Shown here: positions 38,076-48,161 of the stretch, piece by piece
How positions within the stretch are numbered: the stretch's first letter is position 1
Layout: each line of letters starts with the position of its first letter
UHGV virus genome: UHGV-1366828
Direction: 5' to 3' (one strand)
DNA length: 64,000 nt
From: a virus
Notes under the pieces: model-generated
Database searches by the model: none
Told to the model about the DNA's origin: nothing
The model's input: only the letters and a program-made list of their open reading frames with translations
Made by a program: the position numbers and the translations under genes

Positions 38076-38273
38076 TTATCTGTTGTTACGACGTTCGTCA
38101 ACGTACTGCTTCAGCATTTCAAGTGTTTCGGGAGTATTCTTGAAAATGAAGTCACAATAACGAGGGTTCTGAACGTTTACTTTCTTTCCTTCGCAACGGA
38201 TTCCCGCATTGACCAATCTGTCAGCGAGTTTAAGACTATGAATGTATAGATATTCTGATTCAATATGATCCAT
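38076..38273 (-). CDS. hypothetical small protein
   Basis: 65 aa ORF. Confidence 0.3.
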   Translation of the reverse strand: MDHIESEYLYIHSLKLADRLVNAGIRCEGKKVNVQNPRYCDFIFKNTPETLEMLKQYVDERRNNR

Positions 38274-38341
38274 TTGGATTACATACCTCCGTAATTTTAT
38301 ATTTTATATTATAGTTAATTCTAGGTGATTATTCAACTTTG

Positions 38342-38803
38342 TTATCTGTAGCATGTTTCAAGAACTTTTATGTCCGCCTTTATCATGGACAATAGCTTTA
38401 TACAAGGAGTCAAGTCATATGTTTTTGTGTAGTAATACAAACACTGATACACTTCTTGTAGTCTTGAGAATCTATAAAACATCTGTTTATTCTGAAGTTG
38501 TTCAGAAAACAGTGTTGCCTGTAAGGAGTAAGAATTCAAGGTTGATAAAACTTTGTTTATATTTTCAGGGTCGGGGTCTTTCATTAAGTTTATATATAAT
38601 GTTGATTTCTTGTTGTTGTAACTCTTGCGTAGCTTTTCGTAGAACATTGCTAAATCAAGAGGCCGGTTGTCGTTTATGAATTTCAGTACCTCTACAGTAG
38701 GACCGGAAGATCTCAACAATGTTTTTACTTCATTCGAGCAATCAATACCCGATTCTTGAAGTTCATTCAGTAGTATTAAACAGTCTGTTTTTGATATTGC
38801 CAT
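38342..38803 (-). CDS. hypothetical protein
   Basis: 153 aa ORF downstream of portal. Confidence 0.35.
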   Translation of the reverse strand: MAISKTDCLILLNELQESGIDCSNEVKTLLRSSGPTVEVLKFINDNRPLDLAMFYEKLRKSYNNKKSTLYINLMKDPDPENINKVLSTLNSYSLQATLFSEQLQNKQMFYRFSRLQEVYQCLYYYTKTYDLTPCIKLLSMIKADIKVLETCYR

Positions 38804-38833
38804 ACTTTGTCCTTTCCAATATTATTGGCTAAT

Positions 38834-40753
38834 TTATAGGTTTGCTGTGTTTGTCATGTCAATTCCTAGATCTGCGGGAGAAGGTAGAGGAGCAATAGTT
38901 TCTTCCTCTGCGGGAGCAGGAGGCATTTCATCAGCAGAATCTTCAGTAGGAACAGGAAGTTCTACATCTCCTGCGTGTCCTCCGGATCGAGGCATTCTAA
39001 CATTTACATCAATGTCCCTGTCATCAGGTTCGTTATTTTCTTCTTCTGCCAGTGCTCCTTCTTCTTCCATTTTATCAATTTCTTCTTGAATGACATTTAT
39101 TACTTCTGGATTATCAATAATCTCAGCAAGTAAGATCTTAAGAATACGAAGCCTCTGAGACGGGTCCTCTACATCAGACAGTAGGTTCATAACATCTTGT
39201 GTAATTCCTACCTTTGATGACAGATTGTCTCGTCTATCAATTTCTTCTTGAGTTGTCGGAGGTTGCATCTTGATAGTGAATTTGTTTACATAAGAAACTA
39301 GTCCTTTATCAAGAAGCAGAAGATTAATCAGGTCAGTAACTAACTGAATAAGTGTGTTCTGAATACGTTTAATAGTTTTTGCGTATCTAGCAGAAATCAG
39401 TGACAGAGAAGCTCCGCCATTGAAGCCGGCTCCGTCCTCAGTGTCTCCCATATACTGTTTCGGAATTTTTAATCCGCCGAAAAGTTTATTCTTAAAGTAG
39501 TCTATGTCAGTAAGACCCTTTACATCAACGTCTCCGCCGATTTGCTGAGTGGATATGCTTCCTATTCCGTTGTGCATCGGAACGTATATACAGTTTTCCA
39601 TTGGTCCTGGATTTGTATACTCGGACATAATATTACCAGTGTCAAGAGACGCTTTTCGTTCAAATAGCGCCTTTATGCCCATCATATGTTTTCCAACATT
39701 CTCTTGTGGCATATCGCCTACTTCAACATTGATAACTCTTAATATAGAACTCTTAGTAAGGCGATTCAGAAGTAGTGAGTTCTCAAGTAGTGTAAGAGTT
39801 CTCCATAGTTTGTATACAGAGTATAGAATAGATTGTCCGTGTCGCACAGTATAACTTAACTTATTTGTGTCATCGGAGGTGTTCATATCGTTATTGAGAA
39901 AGATGTCTACTAATTCAGGAAAACGTTGAAAATCATCTTCTAAAGAGGCGTGAACAAAGGCAGTTGCATCGTACAAGGTTACATCAGAACGATTAAACCG
40001 ATATCTCCAAGAAGGAATATCAATTGAAGATTGCTTCTGTTGTAGACCCGATCTAACAGGCGCTTTGATGTAGGCATATGTTTTGCCGAATTTAGTTAAC
40101 TCAAACATTTCAGCGGGATTAGACACCATCTCTACGTATTGAGCATAACGGTCATCTTTTGAATTAGCGTGTACCATAACTGATTCGTCTAGTTTAGAGT
40201 TTTCTCTGTTTTCGTGAATCTTTTCCAGTTCTTCTTTAAGATACTTTTTCTTGTCGGAAACATCGTCGGAATTGAATAACCCGTCTTCTATATCAGAGTT
40301 ACGGTACATACGAAGATAAACGTCCCCGTACTTACACAAACAGTAAGCCCATTTAAAGATGTTCTTGTCCACATTCAAAACATCTAACAGATATGTTATA
40401 TACTTTAAAACATCTTCGTCGTCTGATTGGCAACAAACAATGCGACCATTCTCGGAAAGCTCTGTTGAATCTTCTGTGTATATTTCAAGTGCAGAAGCTA
40501 TCGTAGTGTCTTCACACATAGTGTCAATGACTTCATAAAGAAGTTCTCTGTTCTGTGAAACTTGAGTAAAGGATTCTAACTTACTGATGTCCATCATACT
40601 GGACTTAACACCATTTATCAGAGCATCATAAAACTCTCCGTCTGTGTCTATGCCAATATTTCTTTTCGGAGTAGGTACGGGGTTTAATTTTGTTCCGTAC
40701 AAATCCGTTGCATCAGCAAATACAGACTCACTATTTTTTAAATCGTTTTCCAT
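38834..40753 (-). CDS. portal protein (putative)
   Basis: 639 aa; immediately downstream of the terminase large subunit gene; acidic C-terminal tail; size typical of portals. Confidence 0.5.
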   Translation of the reverse strand: MENDLKNSESVFADATDLYGTKLNPVPTPKRNIGIDTDGEFYDALINGVKSSMMDISKLESFTQVSQNRELLYEVIDTMCEDTTIASALEIYTEDSTELSENGRIVCCQSDDEDVLKYITYLLDVLNVDKNIFKWAYCLCKYGDVYLRMYRNSDIEDGLFNSDDVSDKKKYLKEELEKIHENRENSKLDESVMVHANSKDDRYAQYVEMVSNPAEMFELTKFGKTYAYIKAPVRSGLQQKQSSIDIPSWRYRFNRSDVTLYDATAFVHASLEDDFQRFPELVDIFLNNDMNTSDDTNKLSYTVRHGQSILYSVYKLWRTLTLLENSLLLNRLTKSSILRVINVEVGDMPQENVGKHMMGIKALFERKASLDTGNIMSEYTNPGPMENCIYVPMHNGIGSISTQQIGGDVDVKGLTDIDYFKNKLFGGLKIPKQYMGDTEDGAGFNGGASLSLISARYAKTIKRIQNTLIQLVTDLINLLLLDKGLVSYVNKFTIKMQPPTTQEEIDRRDNLSSKVGITQDVMNLLSDVEDPSQRLRILKILLAEIIDNPEVINVIQEEIDKMEEEGALAEEENNEPDDRDIDVNVRMPRSGGHAGDVELPVPTEDSADEMPPAPAEEETIAPLPSPADLGIDMTNTANL

Positions 40754-40775
40754 ATTTACCCCTTTGTAAAACTAT

Positions 40776-42284
40776 TTATAAAACAATACCATTTGCAAGA
40801 TAGCTGGAATACAGTTCGCTTGCTTTCCCCATTCCAAAATCAAGAAATGTTGATTTATAGGGTTGTATTGAGTCTAATTTTTTAAGCTCTTCTTCAAAGT
40901 TTAATACAATTTGTGCTCGGTCCACTTCCGTTGTTGCTTGACTTACATCGATTGTTGTTTGTATCGTTTCTCCCCAGTCAAAAGAAAATTCTTCCGCATG
41001 TTGTGAAGCATTGTAGAGAGCTCCGCATACACCGTCTGCCGCGTCTTTTCTGCCCATGGGAGTGTGGTCAATTTTTCCGTTTCCGTCTTTTTCAAGATCA
41101 AGAAGTTCCTCTACAAGTTCCGTTGTAGGATACATATCAAATCGTTCTTCGTAGATTGCATTCTTAAACGTCAGATATGGTAAACACACCTTCTGTTCTC
41201 TATCTACTCGGTCAACAGATATAATTGAAGTGTTAAAATGTTCTCCCTTTAACACTTGTAATAAATCATAGGACTGGAAGGTATCTGCGGATACGCCTTT
41301 AATGTTAAATCCTTCTTGACGTAGCCAACGAATGAAGTTTCTGTTCTTTTCAAATGATACTTGACAACCTTTAGGAGCTTTTATACTTACATGAAATGCT
41401 AGAGTGTAATACAAATCTTTTGACGGGTCTTCTCCTGGCTTTGTTGGTTTCTTTCCGTTAATCCAAACTCCTCCGATACCTGTAGCGTCTCCTGACACTG
41501 ACATATCAAGGTGTATGTACAACGGACGAGATTTTAGTTTTGGATCTATACGAGTTTTATCAATAAAGTCTGAATATTGTGTCTTGTCATCTGCCCCGTC
41601 TCCGACAGATATGATTTCTTTTGTAAATAGATTTTTGCGTTTTTCATTTCTGACAGCCGCAATTCTATTTCCTGCAAAATATTTAGTTGTTCCTGAAGTA
41701 GAGATGCCTGCAATATCTGTCAAAGCAATGTTGATATCATCTATAAAGTTCTCGTAATATCCCATAGGGACATCTATGAGGGTGTATCCTCGGTCTCTAT
41801 ATGTTTGTAAATCTTCCTCGGTAGAATTCAGCGGAACTACTTCACTGTTAAGAAATTTATTACCTACAGCTACTTTGAATTTTACTGCGCTGTCTTTATC
41901 AGTTCTTATCACCCACTGAGGCTCATCAACTATGTATGTTGTTTTACTGTCGTTATTCTTTTTTCCTTCAATGAACGTTTCCATGTAAGACTGCTCAGTT
42001 CGTTTTGACGATGCAAGAATAAGCAATGTAGGATTGTGTTCTCCATGCATAAAACGAGATTGCATACGAGCACTTGCTGTGTTAACAAGGTCTTTTGCTT
42101 TCTTTTTCTGCATTTCTACGTCTTGTGTTGGTACAAAAGAGACCTCGTCGCAGAAACAGTTGTGAGAAACTACGTACGAGGAATTTGTTTTAACAAGAAA
42201 ATTATTGTACGGATTAGCATTTATAACATCATAGAATTTTTTTGGTGTAGTTAAAGTAATTCGGGTTATACTTTTTATTTTCAT
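40776..42284 (-). CDS. terL: terminase large subunit C-terminal part (nuclease domain) preceded by a ~42 aa C-intein fragment
   Basis: From ATG 42284 (AGAGGA upstream; the ORF track used TTG at 42335): 'MKIKSITRITLTTPKKFYDVINANPYNNFLVKTNSSYVVSHN|CFCDEVSF...'. Intein blocks F/G with terminal HN followed by Cys+1; downstream 'DMSVSGDATGIGGV' is a terminase nuclease-like motif. Confidence 0.7.
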   Translation of the reverse strand: MKIKSITRITLTTPKKFYDVINANPYNNFLVKTNSSYVVSHNCFCDEVSFVPTQDVEMQKKKAKDLVNTASARMQSRFMHGEHNPTLLILASSKRTEQSYMETFIEGKKNNDSKTTYIVDEPQWVIRTDKDSAVKFKVAVGNKFLNSEVVPLNSTEEDLQTYRDRGYTLIDVPMGYYENFIDDINIALTDIAGISTSGTTKYFAGNRIAAVRNEKRKNLFTKEIISVGDGADDKTQYSDFIDKTRIDPKLKSRPLYIHLDMSVSGDATGIGGVWINGKKPTKPGEDPSKDLYYTLAFHVSIKAPKGCQVSFEKNRNFIRWLRQEGFNIKGVSADTFQSYDLLQVLKGEHFNTSIISVDRVDREQKVCLPYLTFKNAIYEERFDMYPTTELVEELLDLEKDGNGKIDHTPMGRKDAADGVCGALYNASQHAEEFSFDWGETIQTTIDVSQATTEVDRAQIVLNFEEELKKLDSIQPYKSTFLDFGMGKASELYSSYLANGIVL

Positions 42285-42475
42285 TGATCGTATATGTCCT
42301 CTCGTAATCCAACATACTTTTCTTTCATCTTCCAACTTAGATTATCAATAACATACTGAAATTTATTTTTTATACAAGTACCGTATTCATTATAGAATAA
42401 TTTATAATTAACAGCTTGTGATAAGGCACATTGTCTCCTAAGTTTGCAAGTCTCAAGCTCCCTGTTAAATACTAT

Positions 42476-43414
42476 TTAATTAAATACAATATCTTCTAGT
42501 TCATCTTCCATTGTAAGGTCTTGCGCTTCTTTATACTCACCATTCTTAAGCATGAATCTATGATTCGGTGTACAGTGTATAACAGTGCCGTCTTCTAGTT
42601 CTATTTCATACTCCTCTGTAAAAACACCTGTTTCTTTAACAGTACACTCTTCGCTTAACGTCAGTGTATGTTCATCCGATATAGTCGGAACACGAATAAT
42701 TTTATTTTCTAAATCACGAATCTTGGCTTCCCCGTTTTCTGTCATGATCAGTGTATCGCCATCAAGACAAGAAAACACAGCTCTTCCGAGTATATGTCGA
42801 GGTAATGAACCATAAAGCAGGTCAATACCTTTTGGAGGAACCCAGACAATGTTTGTGCTACCTGACAAAGAACCATTCTTCATAAACCAAGGAGAATTTT
42901 GTAACAGCTCTTGACATTTTTGCCAGCCTACACCAGCAGCTGCATCCATTGTTATGTTGATGAATGCAAAAGTAATTTTATCAATAGGCTGTAACCCATA
43001 GTGTAAGTAAGGGTCTTTAAGGCACATCATTCTATATAATTGATAAAGGATGCAAAGAACAGCCATGAAAGATTTACCAATACCAATTGAACCAGTCAAT
43101 GCAAGAGTATTATATGCTGTGTCAACATTTGTAGGAAAAATCTTTTTCAGTGTATCAACCCAGTATGGATATACAGTTTTCCTGCCTTCAGCATCTATAA
43201 GACTCTTTCCTAGATAGTATTCGTTGTAAAGAAATGTTTCTATATCCACAGGAATTTCTTCGTAGTCTTGATATACCAAATCTTGATAAACATCGGAAGA
43301 CCCCGACTGTGAATACTGTTTTAGTATTTCAATGGCAACTTTCTTTTCATCCTCTGTTAGGTTGTTTAGTTCTTTCTGAATGTCTGAACTTATAAAACTT
43401 AAAGTGTCAGGCAC
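42476..43414 (-). CDS. terL: terminase large subunit N-terminal ATPase part followed by a ~97 aa N-intein fragment
   Basis: 312 aa; Walker A 'LTGSIGIGKSFMA'; extein ends '...GRAVFS' then 'CLDGDTLIMTENGEAKIRDL...HCTPNHRFM...IVFN*' (intein blocks A/B). Joining the exteins gives 'AVFS-CFCDE', a Walker B hhhhDE motif. Confidence 0.7.
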   Translation of the reverse strand: MPDTLSFISSDIQKELNNLTEDEKKVAIEILKQYSQSGSSDVYQDLVYQDYEEIPVDIETFLYNEYYLGKSLIDAEGRKTVYPYWVDTLKKIFPTNVDTAYNTLALTGSIGIGKSFMAVLCILYQLYRMMCLKDPYLHYGLQPIDKITFAFINITMDAAAGVGWQKCQELLQNSPWFMKNGSLSGSTNIVWVPPKGIDLLYGSLPRHILGRAVFSCLDGDTLIMTENGEAKIRDLENKIIRVPTISDEHTLTLSEECTVKETGVFTEEYEIELEDGTVIHCTPNHRFMLKNGEYKEAQDLTMEDELEDIVFN

Positions 43415-43435
43415 AGTCTGCTCACCCCTTTTATC

Positions 43436-43882
43436 TTACCATATTCTGTTACTGTAATCGTCCTCTATAACATAAAAGTCTTTTCTATTTGTAACTGTTT
43501 TTAATACAAGATTACCAGAGCTGTCTTTTACTTTAACTCTGATCTGATATTTGTATTGTCCAGGGAAGATTTTCATTGTGTCTTCCTCAGTTAATGTGAC
43601 AATAATATTTCCTTTATCGTCAATGTTATTTAGTACTTTTGTAGTAGAGGCTTTATCATTACTAAACTCTGTAATAACACTCCCGTCAGTACTAAATGTC
43701 TTTTTCATTACAAATTCATAGTTAATGGAATTAGGAATGAAAATATAGAAAAACAGCATACAACCGTCGTTTTTCTCAAACTTGTATGCTGTTTCACTAT
43801 TGTCGACATAAACAGGAAATGTATAACTGAAATCGTCTCCGCGACTCAAATATATATTCTTGTGTTGGTCAACTCTATACAT
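43436..43882 (-). CDS. hypothetical protein
   Basis: 148 aa ORF. Confidence 0.4.
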   Translation of the reverse strand: MYRVDQHKNIYLSRGDDFSYTFPVYVDNSETAYKFEKNDGCMLFFYIFIPNSINYEFVMKKTFSTDGSVITEFSNDKASTTKVLNNIDDKGNIIVTLTEEDTMKIFPGQYKYQIRVKVKDSSGNLVLKTVTNRKDFYVIEDDYSNRIW

Positions 43883-43890
43883 ATTGCACC

Positions 43891-45033
43891 TTATTCTTCG
43901 TCTGGAAGATTATCTAGAACTTTTTCCGCCTCTTCCATAGTGTATCCTTCTGGAATGTAGATGGTGCAAGCAAACGCTTGGTTCTTATTCCGAGTGCTTC
44001 CGAGACCAACTTTGAACTTAAGCCCATATGCTTCAGCAACATTGATTGCATTCTGAAGTTTGTCTTTTACAGGAGCATATACAGTAATGTTGCCATCTGC
44101 GTCGGTTGACAGGGCATTATATGTGTATCTCTGAGAAGCTTTCTTATTCACACGATTTTTAGATCCGTCAGTGTCTTTCTCTAGTTCATTGTAAATAATT
44201 CCCCAGAGTGAACTATTCATTTCATCTTCGTCGCGTTTCTGTTCAGGAGTCAGAACTTCTCTATTCTTACGACCATCTTCGTTGAGAGCTTCTTCAACCT
44301 TTTCATCAACAACGGAGTCCATGATGTGTTCCTTTACTTCGTTGATGCCCTGGATAGCGTCGTCATATGTATTGTACTTCTGCATGAAGATTCTTTGTGG
44401 ATTGGGGTTACCTGTATCTTCTGTAACATCAACCCAGATGTAATCAGGAGTTTCAACAGAGCCTCTAGGAGAAATTACAAAAGTGTACTGTTTGTTGTTA
44501 AAATCTCGAATAGTGTGCAGAGCGGTCTTTCGGTTTTTAATTTTTTCTACAAGATCTGCAGGATCAAACTCTTCAAGTGTTCCGTTGATAAACGTAAACT
44601 GTCCCGCTTCAGTAAGCTGCTCGTCAAGTTCTGTTATAGCGTCTGCGGAATCAATGAGCTCATTTGCAAGGTCTTTCACTATATCAGCTAATTCCTCATA
44701 AGTTTCTGCTCCGTGAGTAGCGTAGCTACCTCTAACACAGTTGTCAATTTCGTACTTAACATCAGCCAGTTTTTCTAAAACCTGTACTAGGTCAGAGTCT
44801 TCTAGATCCCATCCATCGCTATCGTAGTCTTCAGTAAGCCCTTTGTTTTCCTCAATCTTATCGTCTTTTGTCCCAAGAACGGGCTTTTCCATAGGTTCGG
44901 TTTCTTTCTCGAAGTTCTTTTGTGTTTTCTTTGACATTGCAACAGCATCTCCCATAATAGGATTCAAGGAGGTAACTTTATTTTCAGCTTCGTCAAAGTT
45001 GTTAATATTTTCAGTAAGTTTTCTAATTTTCAT
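43891..45033 (-). CDS. hypothetical acidic protein
   Basis: 380 aa ORF, D/E-rich. Confidence 0.4.
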   Translation of the reverse strand: MKIRKLTENINNFDEAENKVTSLNPIMGDAVAMSKKTQKNFEKETEPMEKPVLGTKDDKIEENKGLTEDYDSDGWDLEDSDLVQVLEKLADVKYEIDNCVRGSYATHGAETYEELADIVKDLANELIDSADAITELDEQLTEAGQFTFINGTLEEFDPADLVEKIKNRKTALHTIRDFNNKQYTFVISPRGSVETPDYIWVDVTEDTGNPNPQRIFMQKYNTYDDAIQGINEVKEHIMDSVVDEKVEEALNEDGRKNREVLTPEQKRDEDEMNSSLWGIIYNELEKDTDGSKNRVNKKASQRYTYNALSTDADGNITVYAPVKDKLQNAINVAEAYGLKFKVGLGSTRNKNQAFACTIYIPEGYTMEEAEKVLDNLPDEE

Positions 45034-45045
45034 TACACGTTCCCC

Positions 45046-45999
45046 TTAAGAAAAATACATATTATATTCATTTCGAGGAGTTTCTCCTCCCTCATACACG
45101 CTGTAAACGAACATACTGTTCTCTACTCTTACTCCATCTAGCTCCCAAGGAACTGTCCAGCTCTTGGCTCCAGGAGCATAATCTTGCGGAGGTCCCATGA
45201 CAGTAACGTCAACACCTTCGTCAGCAAGTTCCCCAAACATCTTGCCGATGGCAGCAGGATCTTGCCAACCGTTGTATCGGTTAACAATGGAGTTCAGTTT
45301 ACGACGAATACGTTCATTTATTTTGCCCGTACGCTCTAAATTGTTATGCTCTTTCTCAGTTAGCTCTTCATTTACAACGTTCAGCTGTTGAGCTGCTTCA
45401 GACTCCCCTGCTGCAATATTCTCAACATTAGGAGAAAGCATAGCAAGAGCAGCTTGAAGTCTACCAATATGATTGTTAATGTCAGCAACAATGTCTTTTG
45501 CCAGATTAGCAATATTGGGTTGATTATTTGCATCGGCGTTTACAATAAGGTCGGTGTAGGCGCTGTTCATACCCCAATTCTGAATAATCAAATTGTTAAT
45601 AAGGCCTGCTACTCCTGCATCGGGACCCGCTGTAACAGTTTCTTTACTAGGCTCTACATCTGCAACAATTTCAATTTCTTCAGATGGGAGAACATCGTTG
45701 ATGTCTTCTAAAACAGTATTGACGCATTCGTCAAGGTCTTCGTCTTCGAAACCATTATAGTTGTTGTACCACTCAGTTGCTTCGTCGTTAGTGTCACAAG
45801 TCCAGTCAGCATTGTATGGATCGGGTCCGTACACATCTTCATCACCGAATATAAAGAAATAATTATCCTCATCGGGATTATAGTACATCGTATAATCCGT
45901 ATAAAATCCGTCGCTGTCCATTACTTGTTTGGAAATTATTCTCTGATACTTACCGGTGTCGAAAGTTTCTTCCAAAATCATTACTGTTGTTCCTCCCAC
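45046..45999 (-). CDS. hypothetical acidic protein
   Basis: 317 aa ORF, D/E-rich N-terminus. Confidence 0.4.
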   Translation of the reverse strand: MGGTTVMILEETFDTGKYQRIISKQVMDSDGFYTDYTMYYNPDEDNYFFIFGDEDVYGPDPYNADWTCDTNDEATEWYNNYNGFEDEDLDECVNTVLEDINDVLPSEEIEIVADVEPSKETVTAGPDAGVAGLINNLIIQNWGMNSAYTDLIVNADANNQPNIANLAKDIVADINNHIGRLQAALAMLSPNVENIAAGESEAAQQLNVVNEELTEKEHNNLERTGKINERIRRKLNSIVNRYNGWQDPAAIGKMFGELADEGVDVTVMGPPQDYAPGAKSWTVPWELDGVRVENSMFVYSVYEGGETPRNEYNMYFS

Positions 46000-47282
46000 G
46001 CTTTAATTGCTGCGTCAAATGTAGTCTTTAGCTTTTCGTACAAACGAATAAATTCATCTGTTTCCCAATCTTCAAGTCTCGGGGCAAGACGTTTGTCAAC
46101 TTCATATAGACGTTTATAGTCAGACAGAAGATTCTGTGCACTTTCAACGGAGTCAACAGCGACTGAAAATTGTGTGTCGTCCATCCAATCTTCCCAGTTC
46201 TGATAGATATATCCGTCAGGAAAATCCCACTCCATGGAATTTGCAAAGTCAAGGAACTCTATCACTGCCTTCTTCAGTTTGTTGAACAACTGGTCTGTAT
46301 AATCTTCTTTAAGATTCTCGTCCTTCTGTTTGTACTTTCCATTAAGGTAAGCGGAAATAATCTCAGGGTCATTTGTAGAATTTACTACTTTACGAAGTTC
46401 CTCTTTCTCATCCGGCGTCATGTTGGGAGTGACTGCTTCAAAAAGATTTCTTAAGTCAAGGTAATTTCCGTTGTCCAAACAAGCTTCATCCATACGACTT
46501 AACTTCTGTCTTACTGTAAGGCTTTCCTCATATGTCTCATCAGGAATATCGTATTCAGCATCATATGCTTTCTGCTCAGCTTGTCTATTACGAGTCTCAG
46601 CAAACTCACGCATTACATCTTCAATGTCAGCAGCATCTTGAAGTCTATTAGCAATACGGAAAAGTTGCTGATCCGTATATTTATCAAAGTCATAATTCTT
46701 TCCGAAAGATCTAATCTTCTGAATAAGATTGGTTCTGTCAGCGTTTTCAGTTTTTGCTTCACATATATTTTTACGACTGTAATTTTCGTTCATCATTCCG
46801 TCCACCGCATTTACATATTTTCTACCAGAAGTTTCATCGGGGAAATACAGAAACAGACCCGTTGGTGTGTTTTCTGCAACAAGATGCGCACCAAACATTT
46901 CATATTCAACTGCATTTTCTTTTCCTTTATATACAGGCCCAATCTTCTGACCAACTTCTGTCATGTAGTATTTTGGGTCATACTCGTTGTTACGGTCAAG
47001 CATGACGACAAGGTCGTCCATATTTCGTACACGAAGTTTACGAGCAATACGAGCAAACAATTTCAAATCAGCATCAAGTTGGTCTTCGGACATATTTGCC
47101 ATAAGGTCATCTAACATATCAGACATGTATCGAACGTCTTTATGTGCCCAATCTTCCGACATCGCAGTAATATTTACATCGTCTCCTGTTGAGTTGTTAA
47201 ATCGTTCTGCGTTCTTTTCTGGGTCTCCTGCATCAAGTGTTGCAAAATAACTTAAAGCGCCTTTCTTTTTCTTAACGTTCAT
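45981..47282 (-). CDS. hypothetical protein
   Basis: 433 aa ORF. Confidence 0.4.
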   Translation of the reverse strand: MNVKKKKGALSYFATLDAGDPEKNAERFNNSTGDDVNITAMSEDWAHKDVRYMSDMLDDLMANMSEDQLDADLKLFARIARKLRVRNMDDLVVMLDRNNEYDPKYYMTEVGQKIGPVYKGKENAVEYEMFGAHLVAENTPTGLFLYFPDETSGRKYVNAVDGMMNENYSRKNICEAKTENADRTNLIQKIRSFGKNYDFDKYTDQQLFRIANRLQDAADIEDVMREFAETRNRQAEQKAYDAEYDIPDETYEESLTVRQKLSRMDEACLDNGNYLDLRNLFEAVTPNMTPDEKEELRKVVNSTNDPEIISAYLNGKYKQKDENLKEDYTDQLFNKLKKAVIEFLDFANSMEWDFPDGYIYQNWEDWMDDTQFSVAVDSVESAQNLLSDYKRLYEVDKRLAPRLEDWETDEFIRLYEKLKTTFDAAIKAWEEQQ

Positions 47283-47296
47283 TTGTGTCTCCTTAC

Positions 47297-47689
47297 TTAA
47301 ACAAAGTCTTTATATGACATTCCGGACCCGTTGTCATCACCATAGTCCGCTTCTTCAGTATATTCATCTACTGCATCATCATAGAAGAAGTCATACGCAT
47401 CTTCATCGAACAAGTCGGTATTTTCTGCGACACTTTGAACTAGTTCAGAAAATTTTTCTTCTGAGGTTAGTTCGTCATATCCTTCTGGGAGTCCGTCTAC
47501 ATCTCTTAAAGCATCTTCTAGCTCTGCAACATAGCCTTTGTCATAATAGTCGTTTACTAAATATTTTGCAAAACGATAATTATCTTCGATAGAAGGTTCA
47601 AATTCATATTCTACTTCACCAGCACCGTCCCAAGAAGGAAATAGCGTATAGTGAATAGTTGTTAAGTTTTCGTTCAGTTTAAATTTCAT
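47297..47689 (-). CDS. hypothetical very acidic protein
   Basis: 130 aa, ~30% D/E. Confidence 0.4.
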   Translation of the reverse strand: MKFKLNENLTTIHYTLFPSWDGAGEVEYEFEPSIEDNYRFAKYLVNDYYDKGYVAELEDALRDVDGLPEGYDELTSEEKFSELVQSVAENTDLFDEDAYDFFYDDAVDEYTEEADYGDDNGSGMSYKDFV

Positions 47690-47721
47690 ATTTCAATACC
47701 TCTTACTTATGTATACAATAT

Positions 47722-47755
47722 GTTATAATTTAGCAGAAAATAATACAATATTCAA
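47722..47755 (-). promoter_or_regulatory. candidate sigma70-like promoter for the operon starting at 47689
   Basis: Minus strand TTGAAT (-35, 47755-47750), 17 nt spacer, TAAATT (-10, 47732-47727). Confidence 0.25.
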
Positions 47756-47769
47756 CTGTTATTTAATTT

Positions 47770-47806
47770 TATTAAATTAAAAACGCCCTCTAATACAGAG
47801 AGCGTT
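47770..47806 (-). terminator. rho-independent terminator after the lysis cassette
   Basis: Minus strand AACGCTCTCTGTATTAGAGGGCGTT hairpin followed by TTTTAATTTAAT. Confidence 0.45.
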
Positions 47807-47826
47807 CTAATCAGGATAACACGATA

Positions 47827-48138
47827 TTACTCTGTCTTAAGCTGTTTATGAAGTTTAAGTACTTCAGCTTCAATCATGTTTTCAAGAGTTTCCATGTCAA
47901 CTGTGAGACCTTGCTTCTTAAGCATTTCGGTAAGATAGTTAACAACATACTCTTTCTTTGCTTTACCTTCGTCAGTAGCAAATAGCTGGTCTGCAGCGTG
48001 CACAGCAATTTCTACATAGGTCATTACTTTGTTTAGCTTCTCTTGACCAAACTTCTGTTTAAGCAGGGGAATAACGAATGTTGCTACAAGGGCATAAATT
48101 AGCAGAATTACAAGCTGAAAAATGTTGGTGATGTCCAT
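47827..48138 (-). CDS. holin-like protein
   Basis: 103 aa; N-terminal hydrophobic helix (IFQLVILLIYALVATFVIPLL) then charged C-terminus; adjacent to endolysin. Confidence 0.45.
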   Translation of the reverse strand: MDITNIFQLVILLIYALVATFVIPLLKQKFGQEKLNKVMTYVEIAVHAADQLFATDEGKAKKEYVVNYLTEMLKKQGLTVDMETLENMIEAEVLKLHKQLKTE

Positions 48139-48161
48139 GATGTTTTCTTCTCCTTAATTTA

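Noticed and set aside
42285-42335. TTG-initiated N-terminal extension of the TerL C-fragment (MEDERKVCWITRGHIRS)
   Set aside because: A TAA lies 3 codons upstream of the TTG. The internal ATG at 42284 has an AGAGGA RBS and gives a C-intein of typical length, so the extension is probably not translated. Both starts leave the split-intein interpretation intact.
46581-47114. 177 aa and other plus-strand ORFs (46754..47005, 46987..47250, 46170..46454)
   Set aside because: Antisense to the 433 aa minus-strand gene. Products are Phe/Ile/Leu-rich, which is AT-rich antisense translation.
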